Below are positions 49,111-62,241 of a DNA stretch of 64,000 nt, one piece after another. The notes under the pieces are model-generated. The model ran no database searches. It was not told the origin of the DNA and was given only the letters and a program-made list of their open reading frames with translations. A program made the translations under genes and the position numbers. The stretch covers positions 62,001-126,000 of the forward strand of contig NW_024055456.1 in assembly GCF_902713615.1 (NCBI RefSeq), written 5' to 3'. Positions within the stretch are counted from its first letter, which is position 1. Each line of letters begins with the position of its first letter. The DNA is from Scyliorhinus canicula. Lineage: Eukaryota.

Positions 49111-49886
49111 AAACTCGACGACTAAGGGGCCTGAGGCAGGGAAACTGATGATGGCGCCACACGGCCGCCTCTCCTTAGGTCAAAGAACGTAAAGGAGAGA
49201 CTGAACGGAGCTGCTGAAATGTCAGTGGATTGTTAATGAAGATCACACGGAGCTGTTTCCTCGAGCAGATCCTTAGATAATTCAACGATTGATGAGAAAT
49301 AAAGACCAGGAAAATTCCGTCTATTACACTGCGATTTGTTAAACTATCGAGGGCGGATCTAAATAAAGGCAGAAGAATATTCAACAATAAAGTTAAGAAG
49401 TAACTACACAAATGTAACGGGAATAACTGGGGTATGTAGAAAATGCTGTTTCTGAAAGAAGAATAAGATAATGATTTCAAAGTGTATCGGGAAATATAGA
49501 TCGTGTGGCCTCATCGCTGACTAGTAGTTTCTAGATTCTCGTCCATTCATCTCCCTCCCGATCTATTTCTTCTGAGTGCCTTGCACGATGAGCAGGTGCA
49601 GGATGGTCACGGAGTAGGGAACATTGAACCGTCGCTATTTCCGCTCCATCACTGCCGAGTGCAGCTGAGAGTCACCGCACACTTCACTCAATATTCAGAC
49701 TGCGGTATCCCCGCCCACAGCTTCCGGTTGCTGCTCTCACTCTGACTCAATTGTGTTACTGGAGAGGTTGCTGCTGCTCGTTCATTCCTCTCATTGGTCG
49801 GATCAGCAGTGCAGTGTGACGGGGATCTGTATTTCTGTCTCTGACAGATGGTTTCTCTCATTGTAGAGTTACAAACTCAAAGTATC

Positions 49887-50390
49887 ATGAGCGACGGTCT
49901 CGCTTCGCTCCTCATCATTATCTCACTTCTAAGTAAGTATTTCCATCCCAGTAGCACTCCATTGTCTTCCTGAGTGTGTAACCCAGATGTTATTGTTGGT
50001 AAAATGACAGAGATTCTTTTGCTGATTATTTTATTGCCTAATATGAGGCTGCCTCTGATTGTCATTATCGCTGTTGCTTCTGTTAGAATGGAGCCACCAA
50101 GACTCCGTGGACTAAAAGGAACCTGAAATAACGGCTGAAGAGGAAAGTGAAGTCACATTAACCTGCACCGTAGAAACAAGCGATGCTAACCCTTTTGTGT
50201 ACTGGTACAGTCAGCAGCCCGGGAAAGCTCCAAGCTACATGCTTCGAATTATTGGGCTGAATGTGCAAAGGAACACCGAACTCACCGATCGGTTTTCTTC
50301 GACGTTTGATAAAAAGAACAAGACTACCGAGCTAACGATCAGTAATACAATGATCTCCGACAGCACCGTGTATTTCTGTGCCATGAAGCC
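49887..50390 (+). pseudogene. TRAV/TRDV: TCR V pseudogene (family 2), single premature stop
   Basis: Leader 49887-49932 (MSDGLASLLIIISLL). V exon 50087-50390 with TAA at 50113-50115 in FR1, otherwise open to DSTVYFCAMKP. RSS CACACTG-22-ACAAAAACC (50391-50428). Confidence 0.9.
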
Positions 50391-51599
50391 CACACTGCTA
50401 GAGATATAGTGAATCCCGTACAAAAACCCCACACTGGCAGTTCCAACTATAGCTCAGCAGGAGCCCCCCCCATATTGTTCAGTTTCCATAGTGAGCTTAG
50501 CAACAATTATAACAAACTCTCAGAAACATAAATAGTGAGACCCACCTGCACAGTTATACCAGTTTATGATTGCAACTCGCATTCATAAAATATATTGTAT
50601 TGATGAATCGATCTGCGATACCTTAACTCCTGCTTCTTGTTCATATCCTGGTGTACAGACTCACTCACTCAGTAAACTATACAGACTCCCTCACTCAGTA
50701 AACTATACAGACTCCCTCACTCAGTAACCTATCAGGTCTCACTGAGTGACAATAAATGCAGCAACTTAAATCACTGTCGAGGGTTTTCACACAATAAAAT
50801 CTCCCAAGGGGTGTCACAGGAACTATGAGCATATTCGGTCATGTGATCACAAGTTTGGTCAAAGAGTTTGGTTATAAGGAGAATTTCAAAGGAACAATGA
50901 CTGTCCTTCCTATGAGGGACATAGATGGGAAGAAACTTTTCACCTTAGGTGATAACCAATGGGCACAGATTAAAGATAAGGAGTTGGAGATTTCGAGGGG
51001 ATTTGAGGAAAAACGTTGTCATCCAGCCGGTGGTGGGAATCTGGAACTAACTGCCTTCACCTCCGACTTTAATCACTGCATCATCGCTGGCCGTGCCTTC
51101 AGCTGCCTCGACACAAAGCTCTGGAATTCCCTCCCTAGACGTTTTCACCTTTCCACTTAGAGTCATAGAGCCATATGGCTTTACAGCTCAGAAAGAGGCC
51201 CTCCGGCCCAGTGTGCATGCGCTGGCCATCAAGCACCTTTCTATCCTAATTCAATTATCCAGCAGTTGGCCCATAGCCTTGTATGCTATGGCGTTTGAAG
51301 TGTTTATTAAATGCTATGAGCCTTCCCGCCTCTACCACTCCAACACGCAGTGAGTTCCAGATTCCCATCACCCTCTGGGTAAAATTGTTTCCTCAAATCT
51401 CCTCTAAATCCTGCCCCTTAACTTAAATCTCTGCACCCTGGTTATTGACCCATCTACTAAGTTCCCTCCTATCTACCCTATCTATGCCCCTCATCATTTT
51501 CTTACATAAATATCAACATTAAGGAAGACGGTGTCTAAAAAGCTGCAATTTAGATTTCTGGGACACATTTGTGGCTCCGTATGTAAATCCTTAATCAAC

Positions 51600-52315
51600 T
51601 CAACATCCGAATTCTCAGCTTTGACAAAGAGTCACTCAGACTCGAAACGTTAGCTCCCTTCTCCCTGCACAGATGCTGCCAGACCTGCTGAGATTGTCCA
51701 GGTTTTCAGATTCCAGCAATAATTTGCTTTTATTTACATGATCGATCGACAAGTCGATTTGTATTCAAGCCTAAACCCGGCATCATCTGCTCCCCATGTC
51801 ACAGACTGATAGTGCTAGCCGTGTTAGAACATAGAACAGTACAGGTCCTTCGGCCCTCGATGTTGTGCCGAGCAATGATCACCCCACTTAAACCCACATA
51901 CCCCTAACCCAACAATCCCCCCATTAACCTTTACACTACGGGCAATTTAGCATGGCCAATTCACCTAACCCGCACATCTTTGGACTGTGGGAGGAAACCG
52001 GAGCACCCGGAGGAAACCCACGCACACACGGGGAGGACGTGCAGACTCCACACAGACAGTGACCCAGCCGGGAATCGAACCTGGGACCCTGGAGCTGTGA
52101 AGCATTGATGCTAACCACCATGCTACCCCTAAGTTAGAGTACCCAATTACTTTTTCCAATTAAGGGGCAATTTAGCGTGGCCAATCCACCTAAGTTGCTG
52201 ATCTTTGGGTTGTGGGGGTGAAACTCCACACAGACAGTGACCCAGGGCCAGGATTCGAACCCGGGTCCTCAGCGCCGTAGGCAGCAATGCTAACCACTGT
52301 GCCACCGTGCTGCCC
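51600..52315. mobile_element. Cluster: Penelope end plus two tandem minus-strand V-SINEs
   Basis: Penelope terminal repeat at 51615-51730; SINE copies at about 51830-52140 and 52145-52315. Confidence 0.7.
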
Positions 52316-52863
52316 CTGATGTTGTGAGGTGAATCTCTGCTATTGTACATTTCATGTGTTAAGTATCGCAGGAATTTGTTTTTTGGTTCATCGCGAATCG
52401 CTCATGAGGGGGCAGTTAAGAGTCAACCCCATATCATTACTCTCGGTGTCTGCATTGCTAGTCCAGTGACAATACCACTTTGCCACCGCGTCCCCCTGAT
52501 CCATTCTGCATTTCGTTAAATACCGGGTGCCGACGAGTCGGTGTCCCTGGGCTCAGCTGAGTTAAGGCTAGCCGTACTTTCCGGCTAAACTAATTCCACA
52601 TGTGAGATCTTCCCTGTGCAGCTTGGTGGATATTCCGTGATTAATGTTACTGTATATATCGCAGCATGATAAGCCTCAACATTCTCCAAACGGCTCCTTT
52701 GTTGATCGGCACAAGGGTGGAAGCATTAAACAAAGCCTGGTAAATACACCTGACAGCGTTCGAACAACGGGGATCAAATGCTTCGGGCAGAAGGAACCTT
52801 AGTGAAGCTGTACAGACTCGCTGAGGTTTTTGTACGGTGCTCTAGCTGCTCTCTAACGCTGTG

Positions 52864-53359
52864 CCTCACTGCACAGTAATAGACCGCCTCGTCCTCCACA
52901 CTGAGGCCGCTTATATTGAGGGAACCTTTCTGTTTAGACTTGTCAGCAACCGCCTGATATCGTCCTGAAACTGTTTCTTTCTTCAATGCTAGAGTGCTAG
53001 TGATGATCCATCTCGGTTGTTGTGCCGGTTTCTGCTGATACCATAGCATGAAGTCCATATTCTTGTCTGAATAGTCACAATTCAACAGCACCGAATCTCC
53101 TTCCGATGCGGTTATTATCACCGGTAACTGAGTTACTGGATCTGCGCACAGTCCGCCTGTGAACGTAGAGGATTAAATATCAACTGATGCAAATTTGCCT
53201 GTGTCTGGGAGAGTTTGTGAAACCTCCCAACTGCGCATCATATCGATATTTTCGAGCGCAATTATATTGCCATCGATCTGTATTAATATGCTAATCTGCC
53301 TCGATGTTTATTATCCAGGACTTACCGTACCACAGCGCCGCCAGTATTATCAGAAACAT
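52864..53359 (-). CDS. TRAV/TRDV: TCR alpha/delta V gene, intact (family 1)
   Basis: Leader 53359-53326 (MFLIILAALWY, GTAAGT). V exon 53156-52864: DPVTQLPVIITASEGDSVLLNC...LWYQQKPAQQP...DEAVYYCAVR. RSS CACAGCG-23-ACAAAAACC (52863-52825). Confidence 0.93.
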
Positions 53360-53767
53360 GTCAGACTGAATCTCGCTCAGAGATTGTGAGGGAGAGGGAG
53401 CCCCGGGTCTGCTCAACTCATTGAGGAGGGGGAGGCGTTACAGTGCAGGAAGGGGGGGGGGGGGGGGTTGTGACCTCACTGGCCCCCCAGCCAAACAGGT
53501 TTAAAGAAAACATCACGTGGATTTATGACGCCCGTGCTTGAATTCGGCGCCCTCTGCTGGCAAATTCTGTTAAATCGAATTGTCCTAGTGAGTGGGTTCA
53601 GGGTTTGCTGCAAAACATACCAATATTCGAATGTGACCCAAACATCTAAATTGGAGCTGATTAGATACTGTCTTTGTTACTGTTAATGTTTATGCCTGAA
53701 AACTATGCTAAATCTCCGGAAACCATCGCTGGAATCTTCTGTCTCAATCCTGTGTATGTCAAATATT

Positions 53768-54150
53768 CAAAGGACAAGACGACCGAGCTAACGATCAGGA
53801 ACACAATGATTTCTGACAGCGCCGTGTACGTATGTGGGCGGCACGGTAGCATAGTGATTAGCACAATGGATTCACAGCTTCAGGGTCCAGGTTCTATTCC
53901 CGGCTGGGTCACTGTCTGTGCGGAGTCTGCACGTTCTCCCCGTGTCTGCGTCGGTTTCTTCCGGGTGCTCTGGTTTCCCGCAGAATTCAAAGATGTGCAG
54001 GTTAGGTGTATTTGCCATGCTAAATGCCCACAAAGGTTGTGTTAGGTTGCTGCGATGAGGTGGAGGCGTGGGCTTGGGTGGAATGCTGTTTCCAGGGGCA
54101 TTGCGAACTCGATGGGCCGGGTGGCCTGCTTCTGCACTGCAGATCCTATG
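53768..54150 (+). pseudogene. Family-2 V FR3 relic cut off by a V-SINE (SINE at 53836-54150)
   Basis: KDKTTELTIRNTMISDSAVYVC runs directly into the GGGCGGCACGG SINE head. Confidence 0.7.
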
Positions 54151-54724
54151 ATTGTACGAAATAGTGGCAGGGAGGGTCAGTTGTATCAGATCCCTTCTCG
54201 TTGGAGGGAAGTGTCTTCCTTCTCTATTGTTCTCAGTGACTTGAGCAGTGAGCAGGTGCAGGATGGTCAACTGTCGCTGTTTCCCTCCCTCACTTGCGAC
54301 AGCAGCTGATAACCGCCGCACATTTTGTCTCAGCTTTGAATCTGCGGTGTCCCCAGTCACAGTTTCCGTTTGTTTCTCTCGCTCGAACACCATTGTGATA
54401 TTCTAGACATTGCTGTCGCTGCTCTATTCCTGTCATTGGTTTGAGCAGCCGTGCAGTGGCTCCTGAATCTGTATTTCTGCTCTGACAGGTAATTTCCTGA
54501 CAGCATCTAATTCAGGAATTATCGAGGGAATCGCCTCTCAGATCTCCTCAACATCATCTCACTTCTCGGTATTTCCCTCATTGCAAACTCCCCATTCTCC
54601 CCTCACTGTGTAACCTGATATCACTGATAATTAAATAATAATAATAATAATAATGGGAGTGGCCGTTATGTTGGTCAATATGAGGCTGATGCTGAATTTT
54701 ATATTTTCTTTTGGTTTCTGTCAG

Positions 54725-55600
54725 ACTGGAGCCACCAGGACCCAGGGGAACAGCGGGGAGGCTGGAACAAGGGTCGAAGAGGACAGTGACGTCACTCAAC
54801 AGTTCAGTCAATACAATAGATCCTGACCGATACAGTCAGCAGCCTGCACCGTTCATGTTTCATCTGATGGGACGGAATCCGTGCAGCAGAAAGGTATAGA
54901 TGATCTTACTATGCCTCGCATACAGATAAATACATAAGTACATCTTGTTATCGACCGAAGTCCAGCACAGCTGTCTGACCGCATGAAGAGGAAGGATCTA
55001 CAATGGTGTAGACGACTCAATGTAGCAGCAGGATCGGGGTACTGACGATCAGAACAGACTCTGTTCATTTCAGCAGAGACGGCCAATCCTCTGACTACCA
55101 GAGGCACTCGGGTGAAAGGCAGCGTCAGTAATATTGGACCCCCCACCTCGTGACAGTGCAGCAAAAATCTGTACGGATGATACAAATACAAGGCTGTGGC
55201 GGTCCCGGGCCTTCATGACTTGTAGTTTTTAGCGCTCACCGTGAGCCGCGCCTCTCTGAAGCAAGTCCCGTATCTGAGTGACTCTCTAGCTAGCAGCAGG
55301 CAATAGATGTGTTTTCGATCGAAGAATCGATTTTCTAATGAAGCCCAAAGCAGACACCATGGTCCTACATGATAATAATACTCGTCTTGCTCTGTGATGT
55401 CCTGTTGAATTTCTTATTCTGAATTTCCTGTGTTAAATACAACAGCAGAGTTTGACACATTCTCTGTTTTATTCCAGGGCAGGCTCAGTGGGATTGGGCT
55501 CATCTGAGTTAACGGTTCTGGAAGAGCAAACAATAATTTCCGGCTGTATTATTTCCACATCTGAGAGCTGTTATTACCGCTGCTGGTACCCGGGTATTCC
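54725..55600 (+). pseudogene. Cluster of decayed V relics
   Basis: Family-2 exon start ACTGGAGCCACCAGGAC at 54725; degenerate RSS GACAGTG-23-ACAAATACA (55152-55190); family-4-like FR1 SELTVLEEQTIISGC...CWYPG at about 55480-55600. Confidence 0.55.
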
Positions 55601-55843
55601 ACGTTTTAATTTACCATGTACATTGCGGCATGGAAATGAGTCGCGTGATTTCCAAATTGCTCATCTGTTCACCCGCAGAAGAGCAGAGACACCAATATAA
55701 CTGTCTGATAAATAGAACTAACTGTATTCGTGAATACGGGATTAAACAATTCCCGCAGACAGGAGCAGGAAAGCATATTCAGTGGAGCTGTGAATACTCG
55801 CTGAGGTTTCTGTACGGGGCACCAGCTGCTATCTAACGCTGTG

Positions 55844-56522
55844 CCTCACTGCACAGTAATAGACCGCCCCGTCATCCACACTGAGGCCGCTTATATTGAG
55901 GTAACCGTTCTGTTTAGACTTGTCAGCAGCCGCCAGATATCGTCCTGAAACTTCATCTTCCATCAGAGCAAATGCATTGGTAATTATCCAGATTGGTCGC
56001 TGTGCCGCTTTCTTATGATACCATTGCATGTACAGCATATTCGAGTCTGCATATTCACAATCCAGCCGCACCGAACCCCCTTCTGACACGGTGTCTGTCA
56101 CCGGTGATTGAGTTACTGGATCTGCGCTTAGCCCGCCTGTAAAGGGAGAGAAATGAAATATCAATAGTTTAAACATAATTCACCTAAATTAGCGGCTGGT
56201 TTAGCGCAGGGCTAAATCGCTGGCTTTGAAAGCAGACCAAGACAGGCCAGCAGCACGGTTCAATTCCCGTACCAGCCTCCCTGAACAGGCGCTGGAATGT
56301 GGCTTCTCACAGTAACTTTATTTGAAGCCTACTTGCGACAATAAGCGATTTTCATTTATTTCCTATATCTGTGAGTTTGCGGAAAATAAACCCTCATCAT
56401 GTGGATATTTCTGATCGTTAATTCTATTCAATGTTATTGCAATCTATCACCCGCTAATCTGGCTTGATGAACATTATCCATTACTTACCGTCCAACAACG
56501 CCGCCAGTATTAACAGAAACAT
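55844..56522 (-). CDS. TRAV/TRDV: TCR alpha/delta V gene, intact (family 1)
   Basis: Leader 56522-56489 (MFLLILAALLD, GTAAGT). V exon 56136-55844: DPVTQSPVTDTVSEGGSVRLDC...QWYHKKAAQRP...DGAVYYCAVR. RSS CACAGCG-23-ACAGAAACC (55843-55805). Confidence 0.93.
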
Positions 56523-56664
56523 GTCTGACTGAGAGAATAGGAATGGGATGAGCCAGAGACTGAGGAGAGAGGGAACCCGGGCTCTGTTTAGCTCAATGTT
56601 CCACCACACACTGCAGGGGGCCATGCCCTTTGTGACATCACTCAGACCACGACGTCTATTGGTT

Positions 56665-57510
56665 TTGGCGATGCCGTCACGGAACTTCATCATCCCCATG
56701 TTTGAAGGTGGTGCCCTCTGGTGCTGGAGTAGTTTTGTTCCTGTTTAAATGCAGCCACTGAATGGATTGAGGGTGTATTGAAATACACAAGAAGACACTA
56801 ATGTTTCCCAGAATTTTAAACTGGATCTGGTAGGGCATAGTTTTTACTACTGTTGATGTTTGTGTCAGAAAGGGACACTAAATTGATGAAATCTTTGCTG
56901 CCCGTTTCTTTCCAAACCCTGTGCACGACAAATGAGAAGCAGTGATAGGACGTTGGAGAAAGTGTGGATGTTATATATTTAAAGATTAACAGGGACAGGC
57001 CCGTTTATGCCAAGACCAGAGAACCTTGGGTTCATTTGCTTGTAACAATAGAGGTAGACGGAAGATTCAAATCGTTTTGCTGTAATTGTTCCCATTAGTT
57101 GGTTTTGACAATGCCGTAACGGAACTTCATCATCCCCATGTTTGAAGGTGGCGCCCCCTGCTGCCGGAGTAGTTTCATTCCTGTTGGAATGCAGCCACTG
57201 AATGCATCCAGGGCGTATTGAAATACAGAGGAAGACACGAATGTTTCCCAGAAATCTAAACTGGATCTGCTACGAAACAGTTTTTATTACTGTTGATGTT
57301 TATGTCAGAAAGGGCTATTAATCGATTAAATATGTGTTGGCCGTTACTTTACAAATCCTGCACAACAAATGAGAAGTAGTGTTAGGACGTTGGAGAAAGT
57401 GCGGATGTTATACATTTAAATGTTGCCAGGGACGAAGGCCGTTTATGCAAAAGACCCAGAGAACTTTCGCTTCATTTGCCTGTCACAAAGGAAGTAGAAG
57501 GAAGACGCAT
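56665..57510. repeat. 440-bp tandem duplication carrying a CTCF-like motif in each copy
   Basis: CATCCCCATGTTTGAAGGTGG at 56691 and 57131; motifs GCACCAGAGGGCAC (56724-56711) and GCAGCAGGGGGCGC (57164-57151) on the minus strand. Confidence 0.8.
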
Positions 57511-59094
57511 TAGTTTTGCTGAAAAGATATGCCTTTCCAATAGCGTAGAGCGTCTGTAATTCTTCCCATTAGCAGCAGTTCCAATAACAAATCATCCCGA
57601 TTTGATAGAAAAATATGACAGAGAAAGATGTATTTATTCATAATATTCCGATTTGCTAACATCTACAACACAACGAGAAAATGATGAAAGAAGATTCCGT
57701 AACAACTGCCAAAAGGTGACTGTCATAATCTGAAAAGGGAAAGCAATATGGAAAATGTGAGGTGGGCAAGACGATTGGGACAGCATTTTCCAATTGGCAC
57801 GTGCACGGTAAGCCGAATGCTCATTCCGTTCCCTAATTTTCTATACTTTTGGGCGATTCATGCCAGTCCCCCACTAATTGTTCTCATTCACTTGAGCAGT
57901 GAGCAAGTGCCGGAAGGTCACAGGATTGAACCGTCGCTATTTCCGCTCCGGCAATCCCGCCTGCACCTGATACCAGCCGCACAGTCTGACTTGTTTAGAA
58001 TCTGCGGTGTCCCGGGGAGCAGCTTCCGTTTGCTGTTCCCATTTTCATTCTGAAACGATTGTGCTGTTGGGGACATTGCTGCACATGCCCCATTCGTGGC
58101 ATCGGATAGGTCAGCAATGCTGATCAGTCTGGGAGTTTGTATTTCTGCTCCAGCTGATCAGTTCCTCCACTGAAGAAGGACTAATTCAGGATCCTCCTGG
58201 TTCCACTCCTCAACATGATCTGACTTCTCAGAAAATAATTCCCTCACTTTAAAACTCCATTCTTCTCTGACTGATCTTCCCCCCCAAATATCACTGATTC
58301 TACTTGTTTGTCCAATAATCCCATTTTCCTCAAACCCGTGGGGCACTCCGTATTTCATTTCTACTTTTGTAATTTACCACAATTTCCTCTTCAGTTACCT
58401 CACTGCCTGCCTATTACCCCTCCTATTTAGACCGTAGACAGTTAGTATGGCCAGTGAGAAGCTCTTCTCCTCAGAAACTCCGGAATTAGCAACACAACAA
58501 CATCGGCTTTTCTCATCACTCCTTCCGCGCGATAGACTAACCCCCAAAGGGGAATGTATGTGCCCTGGTCTTAAAAACACGATGGCATTGATACTCCGCC
58601 TAAGAACCCTGAGATATTTGTTTTTAAGTATCTTTTGGTCCTCTCTATATTATATGAAACTAACCATATAAGAAATAGCATCGAGCGCAGATTAGTTGAC
58701 CCTTCGAACCTTCAGTATGTTCACAGTTGATCAGATTGCGGCCGTATGTCCAATTTCCTGTCTACCCTTCAGAAACGGGAACTCGCTTGAAAATCAGAAG
58801 CTTGCAACCGCATTTTTTTTCAATGAGGGACAGTTGAAAATATCCACCTTGAAAAAGTGTTTATGACGGGAAGTGAGAAAGCACAGTCCCTGAATTCAGT
58901 TTCTCGCATCATCCTCAGGACTTTTTCGCCTGGTTTGGAACCATTTGCCAATGTCTCTGACATGCTGCTGGATCCAATTAACGAATTATCTGCATTCAGT
59001 CATGCCTTATTAGTAACTGTGTAATTTGTTATGAAATGTATATCGAAAGCTATCACTCGATTACAATAATGGTCTGTCTACCAATGTTTGATTT

Positions 59095-59240
59095 GTGTGG
59101 GTGTGTGTGTGCGTGTGTGAATGTGTATGTGTGTGTGTGTGTGTGTGTGCATGTGTGTTTCTGTTTGTGTGAGAGAATGTATGTGCCTGTTTAAGTATGT
59201 GTGTGCTTGTGTGTGAGTGTTGTGTATGCGTGCGTGCATG
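59095..59240. repeat. Degenerate (TG)n microsatellite
   Basis: Direct inspection. Confidence 0.8.
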
Positions 59241-60445
59241 TGTTCTTTATTGCCTTCCTTTTAGGCGTATGCGTCTGGAAGTGTTTATTTGTCCGTCTCC
59301 ACGTCTGATTCCCGGCGTCTGCAGTTATGCTTATTTTACCAAACCTTGATGCAAGACAGTGCTACTAAATAATTTGGTAAAGATTTTTCACAGCAAACAT
59401 TTTCAATCTATGTAAATTCCTTCAACTAATCAAGCCACTGTGAGCACATTTTTAAATTCTGATCGTGCGCATAGTGTTTCTCACGTTATTAAGTCTCGGC
59501 AGCTGTCCCTCCGATTCGCAATAAACGAAGCATTCCCCGTTCTGTGTTCACTCTTCAATGTCAGTCCATAACATTCGGAGTATTTAAAACATTCTGATTT
59601 GTTAGATGAAATCTAAACCATCTGCCATATTTCTCCTTTGTCCTTTCCCGATAACCATGGTCGTGCTGCCCGGTGAGTGGATTGTTGAGTCGTTTCCATG
59701 TTCCATTGTTTGCATTTACTCTGACATCTGACACAGGTTGGTCTTTGTTTCAGAATTAGTGGAACGGATTCAATGTCCCATAGATGATTCAGGAAGGACA
59801 GACAGTAACACAAAACTGCAATTACTATACATTGGATAGCTATCATTAACTGTTTGGTACATTCGCTATTCTACAGAAGCTCCGGGATATTTACTGAGGA
59901 GGTATGGCAAGGGGCAGGGGGCAAGTTCTCCAAAATTCCAAGAGCGTTTTTTTTTGCTAATTTCGACCAGGCCAAGAAACAGTTCCTTTACATCTTAGTT
60001 AGGCTTCTGTCCCTGACTCTGCCGTGTATCCCTGTGCGCTGAGGTGCATTCAGTCCATACAAAAACCGACAAGGCACTCTAATCCCCTCACACCGAATCG
60101 GATCACGAAAGTGAAGCTCAGACTCAAATCAAAACCAATTTGTAAAATAGCTGTCAGCAGAACCCAAACTGAGTGGCATTGCCAGAGAAGGCAACGCTGT
60201 TGAGCACCAAACTGAGTCCTGCACCAGATACACTGTAGAGGCCAGAAAGGTGTCTCTGGGAATTTGAACAAAGTGAAGGTACCAGGGAGCTTCAGCATGA
60301 CTGATCCGCCACAAGCAGGAGTGCGCACGCGTCAGTGAATCCGCCTGAGGAATGTCAGTCTGTACTATCTGTGACGTCAGTCTGTCGGTTATTTGTGACG
60401 TCAGAGGTACCTTGTTCCGTGGAGCTGATCCTAACATTAAACCCT

Positions 60446-60795
60446 GTGGGGCAGCACGGTAGCATTGTGGATAGCACAATCGCTTCACAGCTCCAGGGTC
60501 CCAGGTTCGGTTCTGGCTTGGGTCACTGTCTGTGCGGAGTCTGCACATCCTCCCCGTGTGTGCGTGGGTTTCCTCCGGGTGCTCCGGTTTCCTCCCACAG
60601 TCCAAAGATGTGCAAGTTAGGTGGATTGGACATGATAAATTGCCCTTAGTGTCCAAAATTGCCCTTAGTGTTGGGTGGGGTTACTGGGTTATGGGGATAG
60701 GGTGGAGGTGTTAACCTTGGGTAGGGTGCTCTTTCCAGGAGCCGGTGCAGACTCGATGGGCCGAATGGCCTCCTTCTGCACTGTAAATTCTATGA
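60446..60795 (+). mobile_element. V-SINE, full length and young-looking
   Basis: GGGCAGCACGGTAGCATTGTGG head through GATGGGCCGAATGGCCTCCTTCTGCACTGTAAATTCTATGAT tail. Confidence 0.85.
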
Positions 60796-62241
60796 TCTCC
60801 AAAGGAAAGGCGCAGGAAAGAATAATTAACCCATACATTAATTTCGTGCTGCATCTGCCTGTCATTTTGAAGATTCTATTTTGCTTGTATTTTATCCGCT
60901 TCTGGAACCAGTATCCTGACGTTTTCATTCAAAATGATATTGGTTTGTTGGCAGTATTTGGTTTGAGAGGCTGACAGCGCTGTTCATATTACGGGTGAAT
61001 CTGCCCGAGATTCTGTAGAACCCCCAAACAGACAGGAGTAATGAGCTACTGTCCAAGGTAAACGTACAGGGGTAAGACTGCTTTCCATCACATTTCCCAC
61101 AGACAGAACGCAGTAATAGATAATAGACGGCACAGTCAGTCAGCTACAGCCCCTTGAAGCTTAAACTGGCGAATTGAGTAGAGGTCTCGAATTCTACCGA
61201 GAAATATGGTTTGGCAAAACTTTAATTTACCCACCCAGAATTCCTGCAGTGCAACTTCGTGCGCTGTGTATCTGGTGCTCTTGTGCCAGAATAAGTAATG
61301 AAGCTGATGTTGCATATACCTTATTCAGTTTTCCCTTCTACGACTGTCTTTAGATCTAAGGGCAGCAACTGACAAACAGAGCCTCCATGACCTGGATCTA
61401 AATCCATATTCAAACAAGGAATTATCAGACCGGCGGGTGTTTAATATGCTGATTCATACCCTATTTTGGAAATTGGAGAAAATGCGGAAGGTGTTTAGTC
61501 CACAATTACCTGTCAGAAATATTCCCACAATATCCTGATGCTGAGTCATATTCTGTACGCTATCCGCTCTGTCAAAGGAGGGTTGGGTATTTGAAGATAC
61601 TGATCGCTATCCCACCATCAATAATCTGCTGTAAGGTCTCAGGATTCTATCAACTCACTGCCATTTGCTCGCAGTGCGGTTGTGAAACGGATGAATAGTG
61701 AAGTGACTGCGAATGAACAGAAACATATTATAGAAATAAAAAGACACTCCAAAAGGCCATGAACATCGAGGGAAATTAATGCATGGGAGTGTGTTTTAAC
61801 ACTCGATGTTCCTAATTTGTAAATTTCAATCTTTTCATTAATACAATCCAGGCAACTAAAACACGCTGTTCATATAGAGTTTGTGCGCGGTCGTGATCAA
61901 AAGGATCGGTATGCTAACGGGGAGACGGGGAAAAGCTGCACAATAAGTCAGACAGACACAGAAATAACATCAAAAGAAAAAAACGAGGTGACACCAGAAA
62001 TTAATTTGTGACTCTCATTTTTATTACAGCTGTGAGCTGAAAGCAACTACTTTAATTCCCTAAGTGGTCCTTGCCTGGTTTTGTTGGGTGCCCCGTCTTG
62101 CTCTGAAATTATGAAAAGTCTCGTTGGCTTTCACTGTGGAGGTTGAATGTTTATCGGCGAGAGACCGCCCTCTGGTGAGGACTAACTGGAACTCTCAGTG
62201 TGGGGTTATTGTACGGCATCTGCTCTCTCTGCAGCAGTGTG

